From: Asterias rubens
Lineage: Eukaryota
Direction of reading: 5' to 3'
Length of the DNA stretch: 64,000 bases
NCBI RefSeq assembly: GCF_902459465.1
Contig: NC_047070.1
Location: 14,632,001-14,696,000, forward strand
This document shows positions 33,901-48,900 of the stretch, piece by piece; positions within the stretch are counted from its first letter, which is position 1; every line of letters begins with the position of its first letter. A program made the position numbers and the translations under genes. The notes below the pieces were generated by a model. The model made no database searches. It worked only from the letters and a program-made list of their open reading frames with translations, and was not told the origin of the DNA.

Positions 33901-36900
33901 ACCACATGGGACCAAAGGCTTTACGTCCCATCCGAAGGAAGAAGCAATGGTTAAATGTCTTGCTTAAGGACACAAGTGTCATGGCTGGGGATTCGAACCC
34001 ACACTCTGCTGATCAGAAACACCAGAGTTTGAATTCGGTGCTTCAAGACCGATTCGAAGTCCGAGACCACAACAAATGGACTCGAGAACCCTTCTCGAGT
34101 CTGTGACTGGATTTGTGACCTCCAGCATAAGAATACAAGGTTGAGAAATTAAAGATTTGGAATTGGTACTTAACATTTCTAAGCATTTTCAACATACTAG
34201 GCTTGTGCAAATAGTTGTCGCTAACCTGAGAGCAGCGACTGATAACAATAAGCATAGAAGGCGCATGGTAAGATGCTCCTTGAAAGGGTCTCTAAGTAGT
34301 AGTCCAAGACAATATAAATTATAAAAATATCAAATTCTTTGATAGCAAATTTTGAAATCGCCGTATTAATTGCTTTTCCTTTAGTCTTTCTCAGCTCCCT
34401 AGGGAGTATACAACGCGAGCAACTGCAGCGCTCAGGTGGCGCTTTATCATACACAATATCAACCTCTACCCTCGCAGGTACCCAATTATACCCCTGGGTG
34501 AAGAGAGGCAATTATGGTTAAGTATCATGCTCAAGTACACAAGTGTCAAGAGCAGGACCTGAACACACACTTTAACCACCAGAACTTGAATTCAATACTC
34601 TAAACCAATCGGCCATGATACCCGAAGTTAGGCCAACTTACCCATTACACCATCCCGCATCCTGTGGACCGTTGATTAGGTCCACATAGCCGTCGGTGTA
34701 CATGGCCAATGGTGAAAGACGTCTGATTTCAGTGTCTGCATCCATACTCTCTATAATCAACATCATATGGTCGATACCGTGGCATTTATAGGCCTGCCAG
34801 TAACCAATCCATTCACACTCGTTGTTTTTTCCTCGGTAAATACCTACAATTAGGGGTGAAACCACACAATAAATAGTTATGTCCGAGTGTTGTCTATCCA
34901 ACTAGAAGGTAAAAAGAGGGGTGTCGGATGTTTCTTTTGACACAAGCGGTTACACGAGTTGCATTTATCAATCGGAGAGGGAAATAAATTGTAGAACTTT
35001 AATGACCCATAAGTAATAAATAAATATCTGTATTTATAAGCTTTCATAGCAACTACTTCATCAGAGGTAACGAGGGTTCATATCGGTTTTCATTTTGCAA
35101 AGAGCACTTCCATTGGAAAATTCAAGGGACATTTTTTGAAGGGCACCTAGGGCAAAACCAGGGGCAACAAAGGCCATTGCCTCCATGCAATTCCAAAGCC
35201 TGACTTTCATCATCAGTTAGCACCATGCATTTCTGCACCGGCTTCCAGACTGGTGAGAAGCTTTCAAATAGACCCATCTTGAGCTGCCACTTCTACCTCC
35301 TCCACGGACCACCCAGTGTCCACTATGGAGGGGTCCCTCTGGATTACATTTTCACTTACCCTTATTTGGTGCAATATCGTCCACTGGAATTCGCGACCCA
35401 TCCGGTCTGGTCAGCATGACCTTTGGGATACGGTAATCACCGAGACCCCGCCTGGGATCGCCGTTCCACTTGTACGCCGAGTCGGGGATGATTGTTCCCG
35501 CTGAGCCAAGTAGGGAACCATCAGAATCCCGGAGTAAAACTTTCTTCAGACCGTCACAGTCCATGTCCACACAGTCGGATGGGTTCACAGCGCTGAAAAT
35601 AATCATTTTAGTTTGGTCGAAGACTGGTCACGTAGGTGTGTATTAAAGGAACACGTTGTCTTGGATCAGTCGAGTTGGTCTTTGAAAAGCGTTTGTTATA
35701 AAATGCATATGTGATGGGTAGAAAGATGCTGTAAAAGTAGAATACAATGACCCACACAAACATGCCTCGAAATTGCACGGTTTTCCTTTTATCTCGTCGA
35801 CTAACACAGTCGGCCATTTATGGGAGTCAAATTTTTGACTCCCATAAATGGCCAACCGTGTTAGTTCGCACAGTAAAAGGAAAACCACGCAATTTCGAGG
35901 CAAACTTGTGTGGATCATTGTATTCTACTTTTAAAATATCTTTCCAACCGTATGCATTTTATAACAACTGGTTACAAACGCTTTTTTATAGACCAACTCG
36001 TCCGATCCAAGGCAGTGTGTTCCTTTAACATGTGATGTAAAGACCGACTGTGTAAACTAGAAAATATGGAACCCCTAGACAAGCACTTTGTTGTGTTGAA
36101 AGTAATGTTTGCACATGTGCTTGTTGTGCAGAAATAGCGCTTATAACTTTCACTCAACATTGAGTACTTTTTCTGCAAGGTAGCGCAGAGTTATAATTGT
36201 AATAGACCGATCCAGTAGGCTCCGCCCAAGACGCACGTGTGAGCAAGAACACATGGGGCTCTCCAATGCGTTTCTGCACAACTCTTCCCCGCGCGCCAAG
36301 ATACGCGCACGCATGTCGGACCTTATTTGTCGGACCTTCGTTGCGATGTGATTGGTCAATACGCAATGGGGCGGAGCTTAATGGATCGGTCTCTTGCTTC
36401 GCATCACAAAAAGATAAACGGGTACTTGTAAGGGCAGAGATAGTTCATGTGATTGTTGTAGCTTGGTACACTACAAACTAGGCAGCTCGGTCTGTATACT
36501 CCCCAGGGAGCCGAGATGATTTAAGGAAACAAATCACAGTGACCATGGGCTAATAATGTTGGAGCGCCATGATCATCACATAATTGAGCACTTTAGAAGA
36601 AGCCACTATTATTAGGTGTTTGGGCTCAGCCATTGGAAGCCGTTGGGAAGTATTGAAAACTATTGAAAGTTGCTTCATACTATTTTAGAGAAAGGAAGCA
36701 GAAACTGCTCTTACCGTAGGTTCGGTGTGTGAATGTATAATTTACGCCTCTCCTCCACATCTTCAAATGTCAAGCCCCTCGTAAGCATAGGGTGCATTGC
36801 GTCTTCACTCAATCTATTGGTCATGATCGCAACATCTGGCCGTCCACAATACGTACCAAATCTTCGAAACACTACATCTGTTTTGTTTGAATAAAAGGGA

Positions 36901-39900
36901 AGGTATTACGCTGGGAATCACTCTCAAAATTAATTATAACCAAAAATATTGGTTTTATTATTCATGGTTTATTTATTAAAACACTGCAGTACAGCGGCTA
37001 AAAAGCCGAAATGCACAGTTTACAAAAAAGTCATTGAAAAACATTACTATTAAAAAATATTAATGTATAAACTTAAAAAGAGCACAAAAACAACTTGATA
37101 AGATTAGAAAACCAACCATCGCTCACTTAGAAAAACCAATATAATTGTCATTAAAGTTACAGCAATGATTACTTATGAGACTAGGAGTCGCTACATGGCA
37201 AAAAATAAAGAAATGGCAAATCACAGTTGGCAAGAACACATTTGGTAATAACAATTAAAAAAAAAAGGCAATTTACAATTAAACCATCTATTACTATAAA
37301 AAAAGAAGATAGATATTTTTAAGCTGAGGGGATTTGGCCAGAAGTTCACAAAATGCGGGCAAGAGCAGGAATAGTGGATCGTTTGTACCTTTCAGTACGA
37401 CACTTGGGAATGTGAAGCCCGGTTACTGTGCTGGCTCGAAGTACCCTATCACGTGTAGTAGTTTTTTCCGGGGGGAGCATGTTCCTAAACTTAGAGGATC
37501 CAAGTAAGTTCTTACCAAACTTTATAAAAAGGTCTTCTCTTCTAGACTTGAGTGATGAGATGCCCAGTAATTCAAGTGCCATGGTATAGGATTGATATTG
37601 GAGGCCAAGAATAATGCGGGCGGCACGTTTCTGAACATTTTCAACAGCAATAACCTGGCGCTCAGTAATAGAGCTGTGCCAAACTTGACTAGCGTATTCC
37701 AGAACAGGTCTAATATAACAAGTATAAACTGCCACCATGTCTGTAGTAGGTACTTTGGATTTACGTAGTACGCACAAAGTGTACAACCTACGGGATGCCT
37801 TAGAAACAACTTCCGCAATGTGTATGTCCCATTTTAAGTTGTTTTGAACAGTCACACCAAGCAATTTAATTGAAGTTGCACACCTGAGATTTATCGAATT
37901 GAGAAAAACCAAAGTTTGAGGTACATCGCGCTTCAAAAAAGATATCGTCATTGTGCAACATTTCTCAGGTTTTGGGAGCACATCATTACTTTTACACCAG
38001 GTAGATAAGTTATCAAGGTGATCTTGTATAGAGGATTGTTGATCGTACTTAACAACTTCACCTAAAGTAAGATCATCCACATACTTCCACCGCCCACAAC
38101 CTCCAACTGATGCATCATTAACTAACACAAGAAACAAAATGGGTCCCAGCTTTGTTCCTTGGGGTACACCACAGGAAATATCCCGAGTGGTAGAAACCAC
38201 ACCATGAAGTTTAGTGTTCTGAGTACGGTCAGTGAGGAAGCTGCAGACAGTGGGGATAATGGATCTTCTTACACCTAATTTAATAAGTTTATTAATTACA
38301 ATATTATGGTTAACCCTGTCAAAAGCTTTCGTAAAGTCCACAGTACAGAGTTTGGCATAATAGTTTGGCATGTCAATTCCCCGATGAACATAATTGAGCA
38401 TGTCCACAAGGTAGTAAACAGTGGAACTGCCCTTGATATTACCGTATTGCTTGGGATCAAGTTTGGTTGAAATTTCCTCTAGCAGCCATCTAGCAATGAA
38501 GGTTTCAAAAACTCGAGCGAAAATTGGAGTGAGTGAAATTGGCCTCAGCTGGTCGAAAGAGGAAATGTTTCTTTCCTTTGGGATTGGTACAACAGTCGCT
38601 GTTTTCCACATATTTGGGAAAATTCCTTCCGAAGCCTCAGTGTTTTACACTAGTATAGAAAGCATTTTGAGAAACATTTCACTTCGAAGTATTATGGTTG
38701 TGTCCACAAAGTTATTGTACGCGCAAGCCCTCACTCTGTAGATGGAGAGAGTGCGCGCATGCAGTAACTGGGTGAGAGTTCATTATTCCATTTTACAGCT
38801 ATAGGCCTGCCATGATCACGATGACAAAGCCACTTTAATTGAAAGAGGATTTTCTGATTTTGTTCAGAAGTGTTTTTCTTTTCTTTTGCAAAGTGAAATT
38901 TCTTTATTGGTACTTTATTGCACTGGATTCTTTTACATGGGTTGCACAATATAGGGATCAACGGCTTTACGTCCCATCTGAAGGACAAATCAATGGTTAT
39001 GTCTCTTGCTTATGGACACAAGTGTCATGGCTGGGTATCAAAATTATCATCAAAATCATGAAATGTTAAATTTGCATCGGGGAAAAAAAATATTAATTTT
39101 GGTTTTTACCCATACACCTATGTGTGATAGCACTGTATACTCAGTACTTCCCCGAATCAAGTGAAAAAATATCACAGGCATTACTCGGGTGGGATTTGAA
39201 CCCACAACCCTTGCAATTCTAGAGCAGTGTCTTACCAACTAGACTACCGAGATTGCCGTAGCTAGGTAGCTAGAGATTTCCCGGTAGCTAGAGGCAGTGT
39301 CAAATGATGACAGTTTAAACAAACTTACCTTCGAGCATGCTTACACCATTGAGGGTCGGGTAACTCGTGACTGGATGAAACCCAAAGAATGGCGCCAAGT
39401 TTTGTAAGGACATAAAGCTGGGCCACACAATGCCAGTGTACCCTCCACCAGGGGAGTAGGGCGCCCTCTGTATGCTGCTGTGGCCAAAGTTCTCTGGTGG
39501 CACCATCTGGTTTTGTCATGTAAAGGAGGGACAGAGATGAAGCAAGATCAATAGAGTACACAGAGAAATCACAACATCAAATAGTTTTACAAAAAACATA
39601 TTCAATGCATGTTATACTCATACTAATATTCATACTAATTTGCCTTTGACCTATTGCTGGACTTCACGTGAAAATAATAACCAGTTTTATATAGCGCTTT
39701 CCTCACCCGAAGGGCTTCTCAAAGTGCTTCCAACATTATTATCACGTGGCCTTAATTCATTCCTTAAACCATCTCAGCTGCCTGGGGAGTACACAGCCTG
39801 TGCAACAATTATATGCGCCACTATGCTAAACCAATCACAAGAACCATCTCTGCCCTAACAGGTACCCATTTACCCCTAGGTGGAGAGAAGCAATTAAGTG

Positions 39901-42900
39901 TCTTGCTCAGGGACACAAGTGTCACAACCAGGATTTGAACCCACACTCTGCTGAATGGAAGCACCAGAGCTTGAGTTTGATGCTCTTATCCGCTCGGCCA
40001 CGACACCCTATGTTACTTGTTATGTGTATTTATTTGTTTTTTCATGACAGCTATTTTGTCCTGTCTCTGTTTATCTGTCAATAGGTTAGGGTCATAGAGC
40101 TATACATTGACTAGAGCACTAACTTGCTTTGCGTTTTGTAGCCAACCTGGGTGCAGACATGTTTGATGTGTTGCGTGACTACACAACGATTTAAATTTTA
40201 AGAGAACATTGCCGCGTTTTTTGTTTACATTCGGCGTGTGCGCTTACAAACGCGACTGCCCATTCATGTACGTCCGCGCTACAAAACCGTAAGTTAGACT
40301 TGATTGACGTATTAAAAAAAGTCATTGTGTCTTTTGAACATTACGCACATGACGCACATGACACTCGCAGTTTGTACGTTCATCAGCAGATTGTGCGTTC
40401 ACATTTGCTGCATTTTTTGGTTTGATGACACATAGAATAGAACAAACGCACTATCATGCAAATAGCCGTACAATTGGCGTACAAAGTTTCAAGCTTTTGT
40501 ATTGGTTTGTACACAAACATGGATGCGCCCACACGGCTTCAAAACCTTAGTGTGTGTATAACAGGGTGTTAAAACGCTCTAGTCAATATAAATAGCTTTA
40601 TGGTTAGGGTACACAAGCAGCAGTGCTTCACCCAAACCTAAATGTTGTCATGCTGTATCTTATACTCAAACTTTGTTTCACACTACCTCTTTATGAAACT
40701 CTAGTCTGTTTTGTTATGACAAATAATGTTATGAAGTAACATGCTATTTTGTACCTAAATGAGAACATTGAAATAAAGGTACAATGAAGTAAATAATCGC
40801 AAGTAAGCAGGAGTTAGAGTAAAGACAAAAATAGCAAGATTATAAAAACAACAAGTTTGAGATGTAATATACCCCAACTGAACAAAGATGGATAAAATTA
40901 GTTGAATCAGTGAGGTGTCGTGGCCGAGCATTTAAGAGCACCGGACTCAAGCTCTGGTATTTCTGATCAGCAGAGTGTGAGTTTGAATCCCGGTCATGAC
41001 ACTTTTGTCCTTAAGCAAGCAAGGCACTTGACCATTATTGCTTTGTCCTTCGAAAGCGATGTAAGCTGTGCTGTGTAGTGCACATAAAAGAACCCAGTTA
41101 CACTTATGGCTATTAAGAGAAGGGATTTTGTGCAGCATGCGTTTACTCAAAGCCCAATTTTCTAAAGCTGCTTAAGCACAAAATGTAGCTAAGCATAACA
41201 AAATTACGCTTATCAGAAAAAGATTACCAGACAAACCACTGTGTCACAAGTACAATTTGTGACTGGTATCCTGCTCATTTAGCAGAACATATTTACGGAA
41301 AATATTTCAGCAGTTCTATGCTGTTCGGCCCTGGTGGTTATTACAGAATACATGATCTCAGCTGGCTTATGGGTTTTTACTTACTTTATCTGCTATGCAA
41401 TCGAATGACTCACTGACACCAACGATGAGTGACTTCTCGATGATGACGAACTTGTCAGATGTCCTGTGGGACACGGCAAGTGGAGAGAACACCAATGGAA
41501 AGATGGCAATGTTGTTGTCGACGAGCGTCATGCCTGTTATAAGAATACTTGAATACACCTAAAGAGTTCAACAACAAAAAACTTAAGTTGTGACGAGGCC
41601 TATTGTTGATTTGGTTTGATGTTTAGAATTTAAATTTAAAGAGGGGCGGCAAGGTCAAATTCAGTTTTGCGATGCGGAGAAGAAACAAATAACATGTCTC
41701 TAATTTCAAAATCAAAATCACAGGCATCATTATTACTTGGTTGGGATTCAAGCCCAAGACCTTTGCCAATCTAGAGCAGATGCCTTACAAACCGGAACAC
41801 CGAGATTGCCCACCGAGATTGCCCACCAAGATTGCCCAAATCATATATTTTAGCAACGGGTATCACATCGATTTAATAGATGTTAAATTTGGATCGGAAT
41901 CAAGAATATTTTCTAGTTATAGTGGTATACTCTGGATGAAAAATTATTGGTCTTTCTGTTTTTGTTTTTGTTTTTAATGTCGCCAATAAATAAACATACA
42001 AATAGTCACACCTGGGCGTAGATGCCATAGTCCCAACACTTGTAGATCAAGAACTTGGAGACCTTTGAACATCTTGGTTCGCTGATTCTAAACATGTGAA
42101 TACCGTGGAGAGTAGAATGCCCGACGTTACCGTACCAATCCGTCAGCGAGTTGGGTCGATAAGAACACCTCTCTCCTTTGATCTTGTAGGCCACCCTCTC
42201 AGAGCCGGCCACAGTGTTGTTGATGAGGACCACCTGGTCCGCTGACAACACATCGATGCCGGCAGTCCACATCAGGTTCTCTTTTTCATAGCGGTCTTGG
42301 TAGGTTCCCGGGAAAATGACCAGGGTCACCAAGTTATGGATGATTCTGTTGTTGATTTCCTCCACGATTATACCTGGTTGAAATTTGGCTTATGAATATA
42401 CATGTACATCTACTCAAAATAGTCAAACCCTTTGGACTTACCATAAACACTGGTAGGATTTGAAACTTTGCATGATGGAAGAGAGGTTTGCAGTAACCCC
42501 ATGTAAATATCTCTATAAAGTAGTATTGGTTGTCCTGAAGATGTCGAGTCGTTAACCATCCCTTCTTTTCAGAACCAACATTAACACGACACCCAAATTG
42601 TGCTACCGCAAACCTTTCTAAGAAAAAAACTGGTGTTAAATAACTTCCCATCACTCTCTTTATCCTGCTTGCTCATTTTCGTATGTTCTATAAATATAGT
42701 ACTTTAAACAACCGATCCACTGCTATATTTTCATCCTTCGAAGATCGGCCTGTCGGTAGCCTAATCGTTCTCCACTTGTTTTACCAACCACAGGTTCCTC
42801 TGCCTATTTTGCATTTCTTAAATATAAATTTTTCATGAGAAATTCAATATTTACGCATGGATGACTAAAGTCTGCATACATGCTTGGATGAACAAACCTG

Positions 42901-45900
42901 GTCCGACGGTGTGATGCAACACGTTATCTTGTAGAAGGACTCCCTCAGTGCCGTATACTCCGATGGCCGGACTAAAGCCGTTGTGGAAGCTGCAACCTTT
43001 GACGAAGGATGGGTGAAGCTTATCCTTCTCCCCTATATCCAAGAAAGCCAGTGAGTAGCGTGGATCGTAGAATTCACGAAAACCCTCCTGCCCGGTGTGG
43101 AAGAACTGAACGTTGGAGATGCGGGCATATCCTAATTTGATACAACAAAATTTTAAAGATGGAATTGGCATTAATTGGAATTGATAAGATGAACACTTTC
43201 GCTAAATTATCTCATACAAAACGGAATTTAAACAGACATATTCAAAATGGTAGAGAAATGTCAGTGATGAAATGCAATTGTGGGACATCACCCCCAATCT
43301 ATGCCACACCTTCTACGATGCCCAGCTCTTGAGGAGCAGTGCTGCCTTGAAGACCTGGGCCCAATTTCATAAGGCCTGTAAGCACAACAAAATTTGCTTA
43401 GCATGAAATTTCTTCCTTGGTAAAAACAGAATTACCAACCAAATTTCCACATGATTTTCAGGATTTAGCAAACAATAGCTGAATACCAGTATCAAGCATT
43501 ATGCAACAAATGAAAATTTAGTTAGTAATCCTGTTTTTACCAAGGAAGAAATTTCATGCTAAGCAACTTCAAATTTTTGTGCTTACAGGCTTTGTGAAAT
43601 TGGGCCCTGATGGCAGCAAACGAGAAGGCTGTGAGATGCATTTGAAGAGTAGATGATGAACTCGAAAGAAGAAGCAGCCGTCTCGAGTGTGGGGAGGAAA
43701 ATTGTTGCAGGGTACCTATGGCCAAACCTTCCTGGCAAAGCTTACCTTTGTATTGAGTTCCAGACTGGAAGAATCGTCCGACCAGAACACGAGCCCCGTA
43801 GGACTCGTCAAAGAGAAGGTCGTAGTCATTTCCTTCTATCTTGATGTTACGGGTCAAGAGGCCGACCTCTGCTGCCAAGATGTAATCATCCTTGAACTCG
43901 GCTAATTGATAAAGAATAAAAAGATCAAAGTATGAGAAGCTAGTTTTAATGATAATATATAATGGACATGTTGTGGCTGAGCGGACACTATTGGTAATTA
44001 CTAAAAACTAATATTAGCATGAAACCTAACTTGGTCACGGAGTATTGGGGAGAGGTTGATAGTATAAAACATTGTCAGAAACGGCTCCCTCTGATGTTAC
44101 GCAGTTTTTGAGAAAGAAGTATTTTCCAGGGGTTTGATTTTGAGACCTCAGATTTACAATTTGAGTTCTTGAAACCAAGCAACTGAAAGCACGTGCAACT
44201 CCGTTGACAAGGGTGATTTTTTTCTTCATTATTATTTCAAAACGACCAACTGGGATCCAATTTTCACAGGTTTGTTACTTTATACATATATTGAGATACA
44301 CCAATTGAGAAGACTGGTCTTTGACAATTACCAATAGTGTCCAGTTTCTTCAAGAGCACCGGACTCATACTTTGGTGTTTCTTATCAGCAGGGTATAGGT
44401 TCGGGTTCTTGTCATGAAACTTTAAAACTGTTGTTGTCTTGTCTTTTGGATGGGACGTAAAGCTTTTTGGTCCTGTGTTTTGTGTTATGCATATAAAAGG
44501 ACCAAGTTACACTTTATCGCAAAGAGAAAGCCTTTGCCTCAGTGTGTCTGGCAGTGGCTGCTGAATGCTCCGCAGCACCATATAAATATGGTCTCACTCA
44601 TAATTAGGAAAATTCAACAACCTGTCTAAGTTCTGTCTGTTGAAGCATCTTGAGTACCTAATAGGTAGATCATGTAGATAGGTGCGCTTTAATAAGACTA
44701 TTTATTTATGTTATTTTAATACTATACAGATCTCTCACTCAATGGTACAACAATTTTTTTGATGTGCCACAGAGAGTTCTTTATCAAGTCTGGAAACAAC
44801 ATTGTGATGAAGATAATGTGTTTTTATTCTATTTTCCACTAACAGTGGAAACCGCGCGCAGCCAGCGCTGTACAAAACGTTCTCCTCTTTAAAAACAACT
44901 CCTTACAGAATGGTGTCTTGTGAACAACTGACTTAAGATTATGAAAAAGACCCAAAGGAAACAGTGTACTGCATTCATGGGCTATGACTAAGCTAATGAA
45001 TAAACATGAAACAACGAACAATACAAAGGAATATGCAAATGAGACTAGTGCCATAACAAAACCAAACGAGTTTCACCTGTCACATTGACAAAACACATCC
45101 CGCTCTTACCAGAGTGTTTGAATTCAAATGTTCCATTAATCTTGAAGGTTGAAGAATTTATGACAGCTACAATGGTAAACGTCTCCGTCTGCCAGGATAC
45201 GAAAGACGAAGTAGCCACAACGATCTCATCACCAACGACCCAGTCAGTCTTAGCTACCACGGTCAGATTGTTCTGTCCTGGGTAGACAGTTGCTGATAAC
45301 TGGGTCCAGTAGACAGAGTGGTTCTTGCCATGAAGGTCCAGACCACCAAAGACACCTGAACGGGGAACAAAGATCAAATTAACTTGTTCACTTGAGATAG
45401 TTGACCTGGGCCCCAACTTCATGGCACTGCTTACTGCCAAGTTCTGCACTTACGATCACCATTCTCCGCTTTGTGCAAGTGCCAAGTTGCTGCGCTAACT
45501 GTGTAAGGAAAGATTGCCCGGTGACGTAGAGAAGGCAAGTGCATAAGCAAGAATTCCATGTTAACCTGTGAAACACTTTTGGCATGAGCGCTGAATTCCC
45601 TGCTTCCGTAAGCACCAATTCTTTGCTTATGGTATGTTGAGCCATAAAATTGGGCCCAGTTGCACCTCTATTGACCGTCTTACAAGCCATTAATAACAAC
45701 TTTCAGACTGTTAAAGGTATTTCTTTTGTGGTTGTTTTTTATTATTTACGTAACAAAAGGGTGAAAACAATGTTTTGCTCAAAATGGGCCGACCATTGTA
45801 CCTAGTTGTAACCGTGTTCTCGCTACTACCGTGCTCGTATAATCCATATTTAAATGCATTGAAACATGCACGGGACAGTTGGGATCAGCAAAACAACTTA

Positions 45901-48900
45901 CCAATTTTAGCGTATATTACTTACCAAGAGCTTTAGAGCCAAGGTTAGGCCCGCTCGGCAGTAGCTGGTCCGGTGTGTAATGATTCCCATTCAATAAGAT
46001 CTTGATTTCGTGTTCGAAGGGATCAGACTCGCTGAATCCGATAATGAGACGTCCACCATGGATCAAGATGTAGGTGGCTTCAATCGTGTTGTCCATACTG
46101 TCTTCAATCTCTAGGTTGCCGTAGATGAACAGCTTGTGCATAACGGGAAGCATTACGTCAGCCACCATCCATTTATCTAAATCAGTGAGAGCAATAGTTA
46201 CTTTACAACTCCAACCACAGTCTCCTGACGGTGACTAAAGCAAGCTAAACAATGCCACGGTAGTGAAGCTGTTACAACTATTAGTAAAATCATAATTTGA
46301 GGAAGCTAATAGACCGTCATCGTTGATGGAACATGCAAGCATGAGGCTATCATTGGTTGTGAGTTGTGCGCAGCTTGTGCATGTTTTGCATTGTTTGTCA
46401 TCAAAGGTAGATGTTAAGGCCGTCATTTGAAATCCATTAATCAATGAAGATGATTGCAAACGTATAAAACAAAAACACCATAGAACACCGACTTCGTTCG
46501 ACCAAACTTTGTGTCCAGCTTCTCAACGAATCATCTTCAAGCTGATGCTCATTGTCCACAAAGCACTTAATGGCAAGGCTCCCCACTATATTTCTGAACT
46601 TCTTCAAGTTTACACTCCATCAAGAAATCTTCGATCAAGCTCTATGCTTCTTCTCATTGAACCCAAGTCTCGACACTCATGGGGAGACAGGTCTTTTTCT
46701 TCAGCTGCGCCACACATCTGGAACTCTCTACCACTTAATCTTAGATCTTGTCTTTGTACCACAACATTCAAATCTCTTCTCAAAACTTATCTTATGTCAC
46801 AGGTTTTTAAAGACTAATTTTGTTGTGTCTGTTTTTCTTTGTTTTGTTTTGTTTTGTTTTGTTTTGTTTGTTGTTGGTTTTTACTGCGCCTTGAACACCC
46901 AGCAGGGTGGATACGTGCGCGTTACAAGTCTTATTATTATTATTATTATTATTATTAATGGACAAAAACATTTGCTTGAATGGTTAAACTGGTGAAGTGG
47001 ATTGTTTGGTGTCACGGCCAAGTGGTTCAGAGCATCAGGATTAAGTCAACAGAGTGTGGGTCGAACCCCATTTAGGACACTTATGCCCTTTAGCAAGATG
47101 CTAGAGGTTGATATTGTGTAGGAAACCACTGGCGAACCACTGCAGCTCAGGGCTGTACAGTATACTCCCCAGGGAGCTGAGATATTAATTTTATTGGCCC
47201 AATGACCAGGGCACTAATGTAAGAACTAGTTATTATTAAATATCCCAACCCTACTTTAGATAAACACAATAAGAAAGCACAAACACCACTGAGCTGACCA
47301 CATGAACAAACAATCATGGTAAATAACCTCCTAGGATCTGGACATTGTCACCATCTTTAGGAAGGTTTCCATCCCTTCCACCGAATCCATCTTCCACGCC
47401 TTCCCAGGAGGCCGCTCGAGACCACAGGACGGACTCCCCGGGTCGTCCTACCGGTGGCGGCCTGGGAATAGGTCGCACACAATTCTTGAAAAAGCACTGG
47501 TAGACTTCCAAGTTGACCTTGCGATCGAACGGACTGAAGTTCTCTTTGCCGGAAACTAAAGTAAAAGAAAAACATATGGGGATGAACAAAAAGAAATTCA
47601 CTAGAGCAGGGTTGGATTTCACAAAGCGTTAAGAGTAGTCTTATCTTGAGTTAGGACGGGATACTCATCCTAACTTAAGACTAGACATACGTTTTTGTAT
47701 CTCCTAGGACTTTAGTTAGGACTAGTCCTAACTCTTTGTGAAATCGACCTCGGGACTTCTATGCAACAAAATAGAGAAAATGGCAAAAGCGGGGACACCA
47801 AGCTCCTCATGTGTTTTTCAAGTTATATTTTTGTTCACACTCCAACTAATATCTCAAAAGAATCCAGCTGATCAGTTGAGTGCCTGATGTTCCTAGACAA
47901 TTTTGTTTAGTAATAAATCCCAAGGCATAAGGGAAGCTGGCTTTGTAGTTTTGTTTGTTCTTTTTAATATGTTTGGGTTTGAACAAAGACAAATTGACTG
48001 GAGTGGGAACTGAACAACGACCTTCGGATTAATGTACGAACGCTCTACCAACTGAGCTATCTAGCCCTATGTTGGCAGTCTCCCTATACTAGTAAATAAC
48101 CTTTCTTTCTGAAAAAAAATCATACACTAAGGGCCTTGAGTACCTTGTTAGTAGATAGTATAAGACTGATATTATTATTACTGTTATTATTTTCTTTATA
48201 TATTTGGTTTGCGGTAATACCATGTGTGTATCTACTTGTCAGGTAGAGTTAGTTCTTTAGAGAACTATTTTGCTATGTTATGTTATACTACCGCGAAGTA
48301 GAGCTATCAGGTTTATTGATTGATACCTTACCTCGCAATGCCTCAAATCATATTTTAATATCTTTGTTCGGGGTGCCAGTCAGAAGCCATTTTGTTTACA
48401 TACAAAGACAGCTAGTGTTATAGCTATAAGTAATGTGACTTACCGATGTAGGTAAATGTTCTGGTGACATTGTTAAAGTGCCAATCGCCATTCTCATCAT
48501 TGGTGTACGTTGGCACCTCTTCAGTGCTATCCTTGATCACCCTGATCGTTGCAAATTTATCCGGTCGCTGGGTGAAGACATGGTTTATCAGCGAGAAGTC
48601 CCCATCCCTGTATTCATCGAAGCGGGCCTGGTAGGAAATGTTGGTGACATGCTCTGCATCCTCGAAGACAAGGTTATAGTTGTCTCCGTTGATGAGAGTA
48701 ATCATCCAACCTTCTGGATGAGAGATACGCTTCTTGCGGAACGGTATCCGGCTGGTCCCGTAAGCATTGGTGAAGAGGGTGTACTTGAACTTAAGTGAGG
48801 TCGGGTAGGGGTCATTGAAAGCCATGCGGTGGAGACGGATGGTGGTGTCACAACTAGTGCCGTTTATTGAGCCGACACTAAAGCCAGCGTCCACCGCACA

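Noticed and set aside
46200-46500. Possible GIY-YIG/Penelope coding remnant next to a hammerhead fragment
   Set aside because: Cys-rich translations give no recognisable motif in any frame, and stops are present
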